Positions 25,705 to 35,177 of a stretch of DNA of 63,931 nucleotides are shown here, piece after piece. Under the pieces are notes generated by a model. It did not search any database and was not told the origin of the DNA. It was given only the letters and a program-made list of their open reading frames with translations. The stretch comes from a virus (lineage: Duplodnaviria; Caudoviricetes), in the IMG/VR virus record IMGVR_UViG_3300032893_001611, positions 1-63,931 of that record. The stretch is one strand, 5' to 3'. Both the position numbers and the translations under genes were made by a program. How positions within the stretch are numbered: the first letter of the stretch is position 1; each line of letters opens with the position of its first letter.

Positions 25705-27672
25705 CTATGCAGATTCCGTGCTGCCGTAAGCCGCGTCGTCGATGTAGGCGACGGCTGAGCTACGGCGCTTTGCGAAGTTGATCGGGCGCACGATCTTGAT
25801 GGCGGTCAGTTCCTGCTGGAAGGTGTTCTGCAGGTTGGCCGAAGCCGCCGTATGCGTCAGCGCCGCGCCGGCCGGAACCGAGCTTTGCTCGATGGTGGCT
25901 TCCTGGCTGACCGACACCTGCAGGCCCAGATCGCCGATGCGGTAGATATCGCGCGGCTTGAGCAGGATCAGGTCGGTGGCGCCGACATTGTCGCCCGTCA
26001 CGACCGGATCGCCGAGCAGCGTGCCGCCGTCGGCCGTGATGCCGGGGAACTCGGTCTGGCCGAGTGCGTTGACCATCAGCTGGATCGCCTTCGCCAGAGC
26101 AGGGTTCATGACGAAGGTCAGGCCCTTGGCGTTGAACGCTGCGATGAAGTGGGCATAGAGCGCCTTCACGTCGGCGCGCAGTCCTTCACCGTCGTTGCCG
26201 ACCGTATGGTCCGCCGCCACGCCGTACAGCATGCCCGCCGGGTACACGCCTGCGGAGGCCGCGGCGGAACCGAGGAACACGGTGTCGATTTTCTGCGCGG
26301 TTGCTTCGATGAGCGAATTGCGGATGATCATCTCTGCATCCACAGACGCGTTCCGGATCAGATCGTTCGAGACGGTCGTGATGGCTGCTGCCTTCAGCGG
26401 CGTCAGCGTGACGTCCGTGAAGTCCGGCTTGGACATCGGGATACCCTTGCCCTCGCCGACGAAGTAGCCGGTCGCAGCACCGTCCTGGCCCATGATCGTG
26501 ACGTTGGCCGGGATCGTGGTCAGGCCGAGCTTGTCGAATACCGTCGACGCGTTCAGCAATTCGATGAAATCCGCCGTGTAGGGAACCGGCTGAACCAGCT
26601 GGGAACCCCACGCGCCGCCAGCCTCGCCGCCTGCGTCGACCTCGTTGGCCTTGATGAACTCGATCAGCTTCGGGTTCGTCTTGCCCCAACGTTTCTCGGC
26701 GATGGCCGCCGGCGAAGCGCCGGGGTTCTTGGCCGCAAGCGCCTTCGCGATGACCATGCGCGTGAAGCTCTGGCCCTGGAAGGCGTCTTCCTTGTTTTTC
26801 TGGAGGATGATGGTCGGGCCTTTGTTGCGGCGCTGTTCGGCCGCATCCTCGGTCGTTTCGACCTCGACAACGGGCGCAGCATTGCGCGCCTGCGCCTTCT
26901 GGAGCGATTCGAGCCGGTCGAGATGCTTGTCGATCTTATCGACTTCCTTCTCGAGGGTGTCGTACTCTTCGGCCTTGTCCTCGGGCAGCGTTTCGCCGGC
27001 GTCGGCGGAGGCTTTCATGATGGCCTCCATCTTCGCGGTCTTGGCAGCCCGCTCGTTCTGATACTGCTTGATCTGTTCCGAAATCTTCATTTTGTTGCCC
27101 TCCTTGGGCGTCAGTTTTACGGTTGGGGTTGGTTTTTTCTCCGAAGCGCCGGAGGGAGTGTCAGCCTTCTTCGCCTTGCCCTTTGCGCCCATCGCGGCGC
27201 GGGCTTGAGCGTCGAAAGACTTGATCGAGGTGATGGTGGCGGAGATGTTCGCCGGAATGGTCACAGCCGAAAGCTCAAGCCATTCCCATTTCTGGAAGTG
27301 CAGGCCGCCGTCGTCGAGAAAGGCATACTCGATGGGCTTGAAGCCGATCGACAGCCCCTTGACGAGGCCGATCTTGATGCTTTCCCACGCCTCGTCAAGC
27401 CGCTGCATGAGCGTGACCGACTCGGATGCCTTTTTGACCCTGGCCTTGATTTCGATGCCGTTCTTGGTGGCTGTCGCGGCGTAGATCTCGCCGATCGGCT
27501 GCTCGTCGTCGTGCTGCCAGAGCAGAGGGATCGGCAGCTTGTACTCTGCGCCATCCGGCTCCACGACATCGCCCATGCGGTCCGTCTCCGGCGTGCTGGC
27601 GATGCCGGTGATCTCGCGCTGGTCTTCATTGACGGCCTTGATCGAGAGAAGGCTGTAGGCACGGTTTTTCAT
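25705..27672 (-). CDS. Prohead protease (S78)-major capsid protein fusion, HK97 fold
   Basis: ITGIASTP..DRMGD.V, PLLWQHD, GLSIGF, ELSAVTIPAN; coiled scaffold; capsid GEGKGIP...LTPLKAAAI; AGGAG RBS before ATG 27672. Confidence 0.93.
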   Translation of the reverse strand: MKNRAYSLLSIKAVNEDQREITGIASTPETDRMGDVVEPDGAEYKLPIPLLWQHDDEQPIGEIYAATATKNGIEIKARVKKASESVTLMQRLDEAWESIKIGLVKGLSIGFKPIEYAFLDDGGLHFQKWEWLELSAVTIPANISATITSIKSFDAQARAAMGAKGKAKKADTPSGASEKKPTPTVKLTPKEGNKMKISEQIKQYQNERAAKTAKMEAIMKASADAGETLPEDKAEEYDTLEKEVDKIDKHLDRLESLQKAQARNAAPVVEVETTEDAAEQRRNKGPTIILQKNKEDAFQGQSFTRMVIAKALAAKNPGASPAAIAEKRWGKTNPKLIEFIKANEVDAGGEAGGAWGSQLVQPVPYTADFIELLNASTVFDKLGLTTIPANVTIMGQDGAATGYFVGEGKGIPMSKPDFTDVTLTPLKAAAITTVSNDLIRNASVDAEMIIRNSLIEATAQKIDTVFLGSAAASAGVYPAGMLYGVAADHTVGNDGEGLRADVKALYAHFIAAFNAKGLTFVMNPALAKAIQLMVNALGQTEFPGITADGGTLLGDPVVTGDNVGATDLILLKPRDIYRIGDLGLQVSVSQEATIEQSSVPAGAALTHTAASANLQNTFQQELTAIKIVRPINFAKRRSSAVAYIDDAAYGSTESA

Positions 27673-27732
27673 GGCTGGCTGACTCCTGCGGGAAATGACT
27701 GCTCGCATCGCGCGAGCCGGGGTTGCGGGGGA

Positions 27733-27882
27733 CTAGAAGGTGTGGATTCGAAAAATCTTCAGTTTTCGCGGGGCCCTTCTCAGCCACTGCCAGAAGGTCC
27801 GGCGTTCGTATACGCCTTCGAATGTCAGTTCGTCGCCGATGGACAGAAGCGCAAATTTGACGAGAAGCTCTGTTGCAGCCAT
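27733..27882 (-). CDS. 49-aa hypothetical protein (not in ORF track)
   Basis: Fills the terL-capsid gap; MAATELLVKFALLS... Confidence 0.4.
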   Translation of the reverse strand: MAATELLVKFALLSIGDELTFEGVYERRTFWQWLRRAPRKLKIFRIHTF

Positions 27883-27888
27883 CTCTGT

Positions 27889-29568
27889 TCACCCGATGAA
27901 AAAGCTCTGGTACTGCCTCGGCTTCTCCGGCGCTTCGCCGGTCGTCGCCAGGCCGAGCGCCATGATCATCGCGACAGCCGCGTCGATCTTGTTTTCCTCG
28001 CGCGCCTTGCGCGGATAGACGTTGTCCTTCGCATCCGTATACGCGACGACGTTCGACAGGCACCACGCCGCGACAGGGTCGCCGTTGTGCTGGATCTTGC
28101 CGGCGCGGATCAGCGCGTCCAGCTTTTTCATCGGCTCTGACATCGTGCCGGTGCTGGGACGGTATTCGATGACCGGCGCGCCTTCCTTCATCAGCTCGGT
28201 CGCCAGCTGCGTCGCCTGCCACGGGTCGTAGCCGATCTGCTGGACCTCGTACATGCTGGAGAGGTTCAGGATTTCGTCCTTGATCCGCTCGAAGTCGATG
28301 ATCTCGCCGTCGGTGACGGTGATCCATTCCTCCTTCGCCCAGGCCTTGTAGTGATCGCGCGGCGTGTCGTAGACCGCGGCCTCGGGCAGGAAATACTTGC
28401 CGAAGCGCGCGAACCTGTCCTCGCCGAGCGGGAACATCACTTCCAGCGCCGCCAGGTCAATCTTGCTGGCGAGGTCGAGGCCGATATAGCAGGGCTTGCC
28501 CCTGAAGTCCTCGATCTTCAGCCCGTCGACCTTGCAGGCGCGGTACTTCTGCGCGTTGAAAAACGCGTCCATCGCGCCGACCCAGATGTTCAGATGCTTG
28601 GTTTTGAACACCGCCTGCTTGCGCGGGTTCTTGATCGCCTCTTTCTGCTGGTGGCGCAGGAACTCCGCGTCGATGGACACGCCGAAATTCGGATTGGCCT
28701 TGCGCAGCGCCTCTTCCGTCGTCCAGTCGTCGCCTTCGTCGATCGTGTAGATGATCACGAAGACCTCGTCGTTCTCGACGACGCCCTCGAGTATCTTCTT
28801 GCCGTCCTCGAACTCCATGAAGCAAGGGCCGGAGATATTGTCGCCGGCCGTCGTGATGATCAGCTGCAGAGGCTGCTCGCGCGCGCCCATGCCGGTGCGC
28901 ATCGTGTCGACCTGCTCGTCGCTCTGGTGCTCGTGATACTCGTCGTGGATCGAGCAGCTGGGCGACGCGCCGTCGCCGGGATTTCCGATCAGCGGCTTGA
29001 AGAAGCTGCTGCTCTTGAGCTGGCTGATCGCTTTTGCCCCCGCGATCACGCCGAAGTTCGCCTGGAACTCGGGCGATTTCTCGACCATCAACTTCGCCGG
29101 CCGGAAAACCTCGAACGCCTGGTATTCCGAAGTGGCGCCGGCGTAGACCTCGGCGCCGTACTCGCCGTCGGCCACCAGCATGAACAGGCCGGTGCCGGCA
29201 GCGATTGTAGATTTCGCGTTCTTGCGCGGGACCTTGATGTTGCCGCGCCGGAACCGGCGCAGGCCCGTGGATCTGTGGACCCATCCGAACAGGCTGCAGC
29301 CGATGAAGCACTGCCAGCCCTCAAGCTCTATCAGCGTGCCTGCCCATTTGCCCTTGATGTGGGGCAGGCATTCCTGGAATGCGCAGAACCGCTCGGCCTT
29401 GGCCCGGTCGAACTTGTATTTCCATGCGCGGTTGCGGGCGCTTTTCTCCTTGTCGGCGAAGTGACGGCCGCAGGCGAGCTTGACCCACTTGCAGGCCGGG
29501 ATCTTGCCGTCGACGACGTCGCGGGCGTACTTCTCCGCCTTGACGACATGCGGGTACTTCGCCGGCAT
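27889..29568 (-). CDS. terL: Terminase large subunit
   Basis: VPRKNAKST Walker A, IHDEYHE Walker B, IITTAG, GLDLASKIDL, KIDAAVA. Confidence 0.97.
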   Translation of the reverse strand: MPAKYPHVVKAEKYARDVVDGKIPACKWVKLACGRHFADKEKSARNRAWKYKFDRAKAERFCAFQECLPHIKGKWAGTLIELEGWQCFIGCSLFGWVHRSTGLRRFRRGNIKVPRKNAKSTIAAGTGLFMLVADGEYGAEVYAGATSEYQAFEVFRPAKLMVEKSPEFQANFGVIAGAKAISQLKSSSFFKPLIGNPGDGASPSCSIHDEYHEHQSDEQVDTMRTGMGAREQPLQLIITTAGDNISGPCFMEFEDGKKILEGVVENDEVFVIIYTIDEGDDWTTEEALRKANPNFGVSIDAEFLRHQQKEAIKNPRKQAVFKTKHLNIWVGAMDAFFNAQKYRACKVDGLKIEDFRGKPCYIGLDLASKIDLAALEVMFPLGEDRFARFGKYFLPEAAVYDTPRDHYKAWAKEEWITVTDGEIIDFERIKDEILNLSSMYEVQQIGYDPWQATQLATELMKEGAPVIEYRPSTGTMSEPMKKLDALIRAGKIQHNGDPVAAWCLSNVVAYTDAKDNVYPRKAREENKIDAAVAMIMALGLATTGEAPEKPRQYQSFFIG

Positions 29569-29571
29569 GCA

Positions 29572-30057
29572 TCACGCGTTGAATTTTGCGAAACGGTTGT
29601 TTTCCCTGCCTTCGAAGAGATCGCCGTTAATGAGATTCGGCACGTTGCCTCGGCTGGCCGGCGTGCATCCCATCTCGATGGCCAGGCCCTTCAGCTGCTG
29701 CATCGACTTCAGCAGCGTGTCCATGTCGGGATGCTTGAAATATCGCCTGCCGTTGTCGGTGTCGACGGCATACGATTCGCCTTCCTTCAGGACCTTCGCC
29801 TGCAGCCGCCGGACGCGCTCCAGGTTGATCACGTAGGCCTCGACCGTGCCGCTGTCCGTCCGATTGAGCCGGTTCAGCCGGTCGAGGTCCGTCACGACTT
29901 CGATCCACACCGCCCTGAGCTGGAGGCTTTCCTCGATATACGCCGGCATCGGGGGCGCCTCGGCCGGAATCAGGCTTTGCGCCGCAGGCGCGTTCTGCCG
30001 CTGCCGCGCGCCGGTGACGTCCTTGATTTCGGGGGCTGTTTTCCTGCGACCAGTCAT
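29572..30057 (-). CDS. terS: Terminase small subunit (P27 family)
   Basis: MTGRRK...KHP...EMGCTPASR. Confidence 0.9.
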   Translation of the reverse strand: MTGRRKTAPEIKDVTGARQRQNAPAAQSLIPAEAPPMPAYIEESLQLRAVWIEVVTDLDRLNRLNRTDSGTVEAYVINLERVRRLQAKVLKEGESYAVDTDNGRRYFKHPDMDTLLKSMQQLKGLAIEMGCTPASRGNVPNLINGDLFEGRENNRFAKFNA

Positions 30058-30159
30058 GACGGAAAAGGTAAAACCCTCTGTTTTGCCGTTTGTGGCGTCG
30101 AGTAACCCATTGATTTCTCTTGACCAAAAATCAGCTTTTTGTTATTGATTTCAACCACG

Positions 30160-30230
30160 TAAAAATTTGGTGGGCCAAGCGGTCAGATTGCGGGTCGCCT
30201 AAAACTTTTTCGACACCCCCCGCCGCCGAT
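30160..30230 (-). other. Putative cos packaging region
   Basis: Between HNH and terS: GGGGGTGTCGAAAAAGT...GACCGCTTGGCC...TTTTT, the usual location and pattern in HK97-like phages. Confidence 0.55.
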
Positions 30231-30239
30231 GAGTGGGCG

Positions 30240-30569
30240 TTATTTCCGCGCGAACGAGCTATCTTCGAGCGCCGTTTTGCGGTCGTGACAGGTCTTAGCC
30301 ATCGCCTGCCAGTTGGTACGATCCCAGAACAGTTTCATGTCGCCCTTATGCGGCACGATGTGATCGACGACTTCGGAGGCGTGATAATAACCCTGTTTCT
30401 CGCAGGGCTCGCACAACGGATGCGCTTTCAGGTACGCCTTGCTCGCCTTCTGCCACTTGTGGCCATAACCGCGTTCGGACGCAGACTGCCGATTGCGATC
30501 ATATTCGGCCCGGCGTTCAGCCGTGGATCTCCATCCCGGCGGCCTGTGAACAGGCGGCTTTATCGGCAT
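30240..30569 (-). CDS. HNH endonuclease (HK97 gp74-like packaging cofactor)
   Basis: RGYGHKW...HPLC..C...VVDHIVPHKGD...NWQ....CHDRKT. Confidence 0.95.
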   Translation of the reverse strand: MPIKPPVHRPPGWRSTAERRAEYDRNRQSASERGYGHKWQKASKAYLKAHPLCEPCEKQGYYHASEVVDHIVPHKGDMKLFWDRTNWQAMAKTCHDRKTALEDSSFARK

Positions 30570-30595
30570 CGCGGCTTTCGGGTTTATCGGTGGGC

Positions 30596-30621
30596 AAAGA
30601 AAAACCCGCTTTCGGCGGGTT
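30596..30621 (-). terminator. tR'-like terminator ahead of the late operon
   Basis: AACCCGC/GCGGGTT stem plus T-rich tail on the minus strand. Confidence 0.7.
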
Positions 30622-30651
30622 CTTCATCTCGCAGGGCGGGACGATACAGAA

Positions 30652-30681
30652 AAACTACCCCTGACTGGTTCCCGCTGTCAA
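30652..30681 (-). promoter_or_regulatory. pR'-like late promoter (TTGACA-N18-TAGTTT)
   Basis: Perfect -35; lies about 30 nt before the terminator, at the end of the late regulator gene. Confidence 0.55.
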
Positions 30682-31611
30682 CAGAAAATTTTTATCGGGG
30701 ATTTCCAGACCCTCCGCGACAAGCGCTCCCATGCGGGAACCTGCGGGTTTGAGATAAGCGCGGGCTATGTCTTCTAGCCCTTCCCTGAAACGCCGCAAGA
30801 CCTCGGACTTGCGCATGCGGTGCGTGCTGGCGATCCAGTTCAGGCTCTTGCCATAGCAGCAGAACCACATCACGAACAGGCTGTCGTAAGAATTCCGGCC
30901 GCCTTTCACGAAGTCGAGCATCTTCGTGTACTTCCTGATCGCCCGCATGCGGCGCTCGACGATATACGCCTCGTCAACGCGCCCGTTTCCGGTGCGCTCC
31001 ATGTTGATCGAGCCGTACCTGACATCGTTGGAGTCCTGATACGCGGCCTTCAGTTCGCGGGCCGCGCAGTATGCCGCATCGCTCAGGCAGCCCTTGTCGT
31101 ACAGCAGATCGATCTGGTCACGGCGGACGTTCGCGTGGTAGTGCCTGTCGCCGAAATAGATTTCCATGCCCTTGAGCGGCTTCGGGAAGTCGCCGGGCTC
31201 GCAGAATTCCATCAGGCCTTCGACCACGCGCGAGAGATATTCCGGCGTGCCCTTGTCGTCGCTCATCACCGCGACATGCACGCCGCAGCGCGGATCGAGC
31301 ACCGTGTTCTTCGGGCCTTGGTATTCGCCGGAGGCCTTCGATTTCTTCTTCGCGCGTTCGAGCGCCGCTTTCCTCGCGGCGGCATCCATCGCTGCCGCTT
31401 TGCCCGGATACCATTCCCGCTCGAAAATGCTCATTTCGCCGATCCACACGGCGTGCGGTGTTTTGCCCTTCCGAGGCGTTTTCGCTTTCTTCGCCAGCGC
31501 CCGGCGCGCAACCGGGACAATGTTCCGGATCACCACCACGCGCGAGGCCTGCCACCAGTGCGCCTCGAAGGTTTTCTGGAGTCGGCTAGGCCGTGATTTT
31601 TTCTTCGCCAT
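30655..31611 (-). CDS. Late-gene regulator / antiterminator (DUF6456-like C-terminus)
   Basis: DLLYDKG.LS...Y.AA..L; C-terminal HTH CCYGKSLNWIA...REGLEDIA; Q-like position; start at MAKKK. Confidence 0.65.
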   Translation of the reverse strand: MAKKKSRPSRLQKTFEAHWWQASRVVVIRNIVPVARRALAKKAKTPRKGKTPHAVWIGEMSIFEREWYPGKAAAMDAAARKAALERAKKKSKASGEYQGPKNTVLDPRCGVHVAVMSDDKGTPEYLSRVVEGLMEFCEPGDFPKPLKGMEIYFGDRHYHANVRRDQIDLLYDKGCLSDAAYCAARELKAAYQDSNDVRYGSINMERTGNGRVDEAYIVERRMRAIRKYTKMLDFVKGGRNSYDSLFVMWFCCYGKSLNWIASTHRMRKSEVLRRFREGLEDIARAYLKPAGSRMGALVAEGLEIPDKNFLLTAGTSQG

Positions 31612-32860
31612 GGTCGTTTCCCTCTGGTTGAACTGCATCAGCCGCCTGCGGCTGAAGGATGTTGTCGAACAAAACCGATTGCTCCGATGCCTGATGCTTT
31701 CCGCGCATGACATCGTCGATCTGCCGCAGCGTCTCGGCCTTCTGTGCGGGCGTCCTGCGGCTGAGGTCGCCGGCGGGATGATGCGGGCTGTCGGTGTAGG
31801 CATCGCGCGGCGGCGCCGTCGGCAGGTACCGGAATTCACGGCCCATGATCGCGGCAAGCCGCGAGCCGCAGTTTTTCTCGATCCATTCGGCGACGTAGGC
31901 CGATCCACAGTACAGATCGCTCAGGTTCAGCCACACCGCCGAAAACCACTGCGCGTAGACGTCGTCGCCCAGCTGCCGGCGCACTTCATCCAGCCAGGGC
32001 TGCGGCCACAGCGCGCGCGGGCTTGCGGTTTCAGCGGGTGCGGGCGGTTTGTCGCCGGCTGTTCCGGCGCTCCCCTCGCCGAGCCCCTTTTCCTCCGGAC
32101 GGAATACGCACGACCTCAACCAGTTTTCAAGGTGCTTGGTCTTGCAGCGCGTGACGTGGCACTGCTGGTTGTAGACCCGCGCCGCCTTCGCGACCTGGTC
32201 CGCGCTGATGCCGCCTTCACGGATCTCGACGTACTTCGCCTCGCCCTGCCGATAATCGCCCTTGGTCATCTCGAACGGCGACCACGCCTCGAAAAGTTTT
32301 TCGAAGTCGGCCTTGATCTCAGCAAGGGGGATTATGGGGGTTTTCTTAGAAGAGGATTCTAAGAAAGAATCGGGCGAACTCAGTTCGTGTTTAATACGAA
32401 CTGAGTTCGTGTTCGCGTCGTCCGGCGAAACCGAACTGGGTTCGTTCTCAATACGAACTGGGTTCGTATTGGCGTCGTTCCCCGAATACGAACTGAGTTC
32501 GTGTTCGGACGTCTTCTTCCGGTACGCGTCTATGACCGGCTCGGCAGCGCTCTCGATGGCTGCCTTGATGTTTTCAATGTTGAGCTTGTAGATGCGCGCC
32601 CGGATGTACTTGCCATCCTTCCGCAGCGACGCCTCCAGCTCGGGGTCCTCGGCGATGATGCCTTTCTCCTCCAGCCGGCGCATGATCTTCCGCGCGCCGT
32701 CCGAGGTTTTGAGCAGCCCGGCGCGGGCATACGTCTCCATCGAAAAATAGATCGACCGGCCTTCGTCCGTCGCCTGGTCCGCGATCTTGAGCAGGATCAG
32801 CCGCTCGGCCGCCGTCTCGGCGGGATAATCCCAGCAGAGCGTTTCCATCTTCTTGCTCAT
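31586..32860 (-). CDS. Replication initiator (N-terminal HTH, internal ori, DnaA-N-like C-domain)
   Basis: ERLILLKIADQATDEG.SIYFS..T; LGDDVYAQWFS...YVAEWIEKN; iterons inside the gene. Confidence 0.82.
   Translation of the reverse strand: MSKKMETLCWDYPAETAAERLILLKIADQATDEGRSIYFSMETYARAGLLKTSDGARKIMRRLEEKGIIAEDPELEASLRKDGKYIRARIYKLNIENIKAAIESAAEPVIDAYRKKTSEHELSSYSGNDANTNPVRIENEPSSVSPDDANTNSVRIKHELSSPDSFLESSSKKTPIIPLAEIKADFEKLFEAWSPFEMTKGDYRQGEAKYVEIREGGISADQVAKAARVYNQQCHVTRCKTKHLENWLRSCVFRPEEKGLGEGSAGTAGDKPPAPAETASPRALWPQPWLDEVRRQLGDDVYAQWFSAVWLNLSDLYCGSAYVAEWIEKNCGSRLAAIMGREFRYLPTAPPRDAYTDSPHHPAGDLSRRTPAQKAETLRQIDDVMRGKHQASEQSVLFDNILQPQAADAVQPEGNDHGEEKITA
32343..32502. repeat. Phage origin: five palindromic iterons CGAACT(C/G)(A/G)GTTCGT plus AT-rich inverted repeat
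   Basis: Copies at 32375, 32397, 32432, 32454, 32489 (spacing 22/35/22/35); TTCTTAGAA-N5-TTCTAAGAA at 32343-32365. Confidence 0.85.
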
Positions 32861-33102
32861 GCGCCGTCCTCCGGCTTGCGAAACGAAACGACGTTCGCGG
32901 GCAGTTCGCCGATCTGCGGCGTCAGGAACGTCACCATCGCGTTCTTGATCATTTCCGGCGTCATGCCGAGATTCCTGCCGCCGAGCGCCGTGATCATCAC
33001 GAGCGCCATGACCTGAACCTCGTGGCTTTCGCCCGAGCCGTCGAGGAGGTCCATGATCCGGTTAGCGAGCGCAGTCGATGCCTGGGCGTCGGGATCGATC
33101 AT
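32857..33102 (-). CDS. Hypothetical protein
   Basis: 81 aa, ATGA-coupled on both sides. Confidence 0.65.
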   Translation of the reverse strand: MIDPDAQASTALANRIMDLLDGSGESHEVQVMALVMITALGGRNLGMTPEMIKNAMVTFLTPQIGELPANVVSFRKPEDGA

Positions 33103-33647
33103 GTCAGCGACCGCCTTCTGGGCAAGACAGGCAAAAAACTTGCACCACTGCCATCGAGCGAACTGCCGCCGCCAGCAAGTGCAGGCGGCGAGCGACCCGG
33201 CAGGTATGTGCCGATCACTTCACGGCCCTTGAAATCCTCATAGCGTTGACCGCCATACAGCGCGTGGCGCTTTTCGTCGCTCATGCAGCAGACAGGCCAC
33301 GCGCCGTAATCGTCGTCGAGTTGCGACGGCGGCCGCATGAAAATCCGCTTTTTGCCCTTCATGGGCGACACGCGTTTCACGCGCGGGATGTACAATTTCT
33401 GAAATTCAGAGCATTCAAGCTTTGCCGCTGCGCGGCCCTTCTCTGTCAGCTGGGACAACATACATTTGCCCGACCTTCTCTGCGTGATTAATTCCTGCCT
33501 TTGCAGGCCGGTGAAAATGTAATGGATTCTGCCGGGATTGATGCCAAACGCACGGGCGATATCGGATTGCGACATGGTAATGTTTTCGCGGTCGAGTAGA
33601 GTGAGAACTCGCCAGGCCATTTCGCAGTAATTCTCGAACCGGCTCAC
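33099..33647 (-). CDS. Winged-HTH (MarR-like) protein
   Basis: MSQSDIARAFGINPGRI...L...ELI...QLTEKGR. Confidence 0.65.
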   Translation of the reverse strand: MSRFENYCEMAWRVLTLLDRENITMSQSDIARAFGINPGRIHYIFTGLQRQELITQRRSGKCMLSQLTEKGRAAAKLECSEFQKLYIPRVKRVSPMKGKKRIFMRPPSQLDDDYGAWPVCCMSDEKRHALYGGQRYEDFKGREVIGTYLPGRSPPALAGGGSSLDGSGASFLPVLPRRRSLT

Positions 33648-34108
33648 CGAGCAGCCCCCTCCAGCACACCGCGCGCGAGAGCCAGATCAGACATCGCTCG
33701 TTCGATGTCACCCCGAAGCTTGTCGATCTGCTCGGAAGTGAATTTCCCGTCCGTCGCGGCGTAGGCATCCTTGATCAGTTGCCCGATATCCTGTCCCACG
33801 GCTGGCATGACAGCGCCGAATGCCGTGCGGATTTTTTCCTCGCGTGTCGGCTTGACGAAATAACCGCCCGCGAGGAAGCACATCGCCTCGGTCACGAAAT
33901 GCGCTCCGGTCGGCTTCTCAAGATCAGCGACGATATCGACGGGTGGGAACAGATCGCTACGGTCGGGGTTGGCGTATTCATACAAAACACGCTGACCGAC
34001 GCGCGTCATCAGTTCGGCGTTCTTCACGCCGCCGCACTTGTCGATCAGCAAGCTGAATCGCTGCTTGAGCAGGACGCCGTCCGGCGTCAGGTTTGGGCTT
34101 TTGTCCAT
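33644..34108 (-). CDS. CII-like regulatory protein
   Basis: LIDKCGG...A...RV...LYEYANP....FPPVDIVADLE; position after cro. Confidence 0.6.
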   Translation of the reverse strand: MDKSPNLTPDGVLLKQRFSLLIDKCGGVKNAELMTRVGQRVLYEYANPDRSDLFPPVDIVADLEKPTGAHFVTEAMCFLAGGYFVKPTREEKIRTAFGAVMPAVGQDIGQLIKDAYAATDGKFTSEQIDKLRGDIERAMSDLALARGVLEGAAR

Positions 34109-34201
34109 GATGATCCCCCGTGGACTCAAGTTTGCGCCGGCGTGCGAATTTTCACCGTTTCCGCACACGCCGCCCGGCTGGACGCACGCGGGAAATCCCT
34201 G

Positions 34202-34405
34202 TTACTTGGCGGTATGAGCCACCAGATAGAAATCATTCGGCATCACGGCCCCGTTCGACCATTTGGCGATGGCCGCCATGTTGGCTTCGTCGGGGATGCT
34301 GCGCCCGCGTTCCCAATAGCCGAACGCGACGTCGCTGACGCCGATTTCGGCGGCGGCGGCTTCGATCGTCAGGCCCTTGAGTTCGCGGTACTTTCTTAGC
34401 TTCAT
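34202..34405 (-). CDS. cro: Cro-like XRE regulator
   Basis: 67-aa HTH, WERGRSIP...SNGAVMPNDF; divergent from the repressor. Confidence 0.85.
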   Translation of the reverse strand: MKLRKYRELKGLTIEAAAAEIGVSDVAFGYWERGRSIPDEANMAAIAKWSNGAVMPNDFYLVAHTAK

Positions 34406-34414
34406 GCGATCAAC

Positions 34415-34488
34415 CTAACAGGCAGTTAGCTTTTGATAAAGGAAAAACTCACAACCGGACGACTTGCCCGTGGATAACGTTCGGTTAG
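34415..34488. promoter_or_regulatory. OR operators (CTAAC-N5-GTTAG)
   Basis: Perfect site at 34415-34429; ATAAC-N5-GTTAG at 34474-34488. Confidence 0.75.
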
Positions 34489-34499
34489 CCTTGACTGCC

Positions 34500-34886
34500 A
34501 TGGAAAAACGCCATCGCAAAAATTTCCTGAAAGAGGTGAGAAAACAACGCCATCTGACTCAGGAGCAGCTCGGCGACCTTGTCGGCGTCAAGGACTCGCA
34601 TATCACGATGATGGAGAACGGACGGCGCGGCATCAGCGCGGACATGCTCGTGCGCCTGGCCGTCGCGCTCCAATGCCACCCGGCCGAGATCACCGACGGG
34701 CCGGCGACGGCCATCATAGCCCGCAACGATCGCGAGCGCGAAGTGCTGCTGATCATGCGGGAGATGGGGGAACGGGAGCAGGAGACATTCTCGGCTGGCT
34801 TGAAAGCCTTCGCCAGCGCGAAAAAAGGAAACTTGACTGACGGCGAAAAACCGCTACAGAAAAAAGACAACCGGGATCACAGGTAG
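34500..34886 (+). CDS. cI: CI-like XRE repressor (no S24 peptidase domain)
   Basis: LKEVRKQRHLTQEQLGDLVG...MENGRR HTH; 128 aa. Confidence 0.85.
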   Translation: MEKRHRKNFLKEVRKQRHLTQEQLGDLVGVKDSHITMMENGRRGISADMLVRLAVALQCHPAEITDGPATAIIARNDREREVLLIMREMGEREQETFSAGLKAFASAKKGNLTDGEKPLQKKDNRDHR

Positions 34887-34889
34887 ACG

Positions 34890-35177
34890 ATGCCCTCAGA
34901 CGTCGATAAATACTACGGTTCGCACGGCCAGCTTGCAGCCTCGACCGTTGCCACCGAACGAACGCCGCATTCAACGCCTGATGACAATACGCAGGGCTGG
35001 GCAATTCTCACCATCGTCCTGGTCCTTTATTTCCTGCCCGCGCTCACCGCGTCGCAGCGCAGGCACCGCAACCGTCACGCCATCGGCATCATGAACCTGT
35101 TTCTGGGCTGGACCTTGCTCGGCTGGATTGGCGCGCTGATCTGGGCTTTCACCGCCAACACGGAGCCACGTCCATGA
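34890..35177 (+). CDS. Superinfection immunity protein (T4 Imm family)
   Basis: LYFLP..A..R.H.N..AI...NLFLGWTLLGWIGALIWA. Confidence 0.9.
   Translation: MPSDVDKYYGSHGQLAASTVATERTPHSTPDDNTQGWAILTIVLVLYFLPALTASQRRHRNRHAIGIMNLFLGWTLLGWIGALIWAFTANTEPRP

Noticed and set aside
15516-30105. Long plus-strand ORFs (15516-17651, 25852-28140, 28351-30105 and others)
   Set aside because: Antisense shadows of GC3-rich structural genes
32375-32502. Palindromic repeats as a mini-CRISPR
   Set aside because: 14-bp units with 8/21-bp gaps inside a replication gene fit iterons
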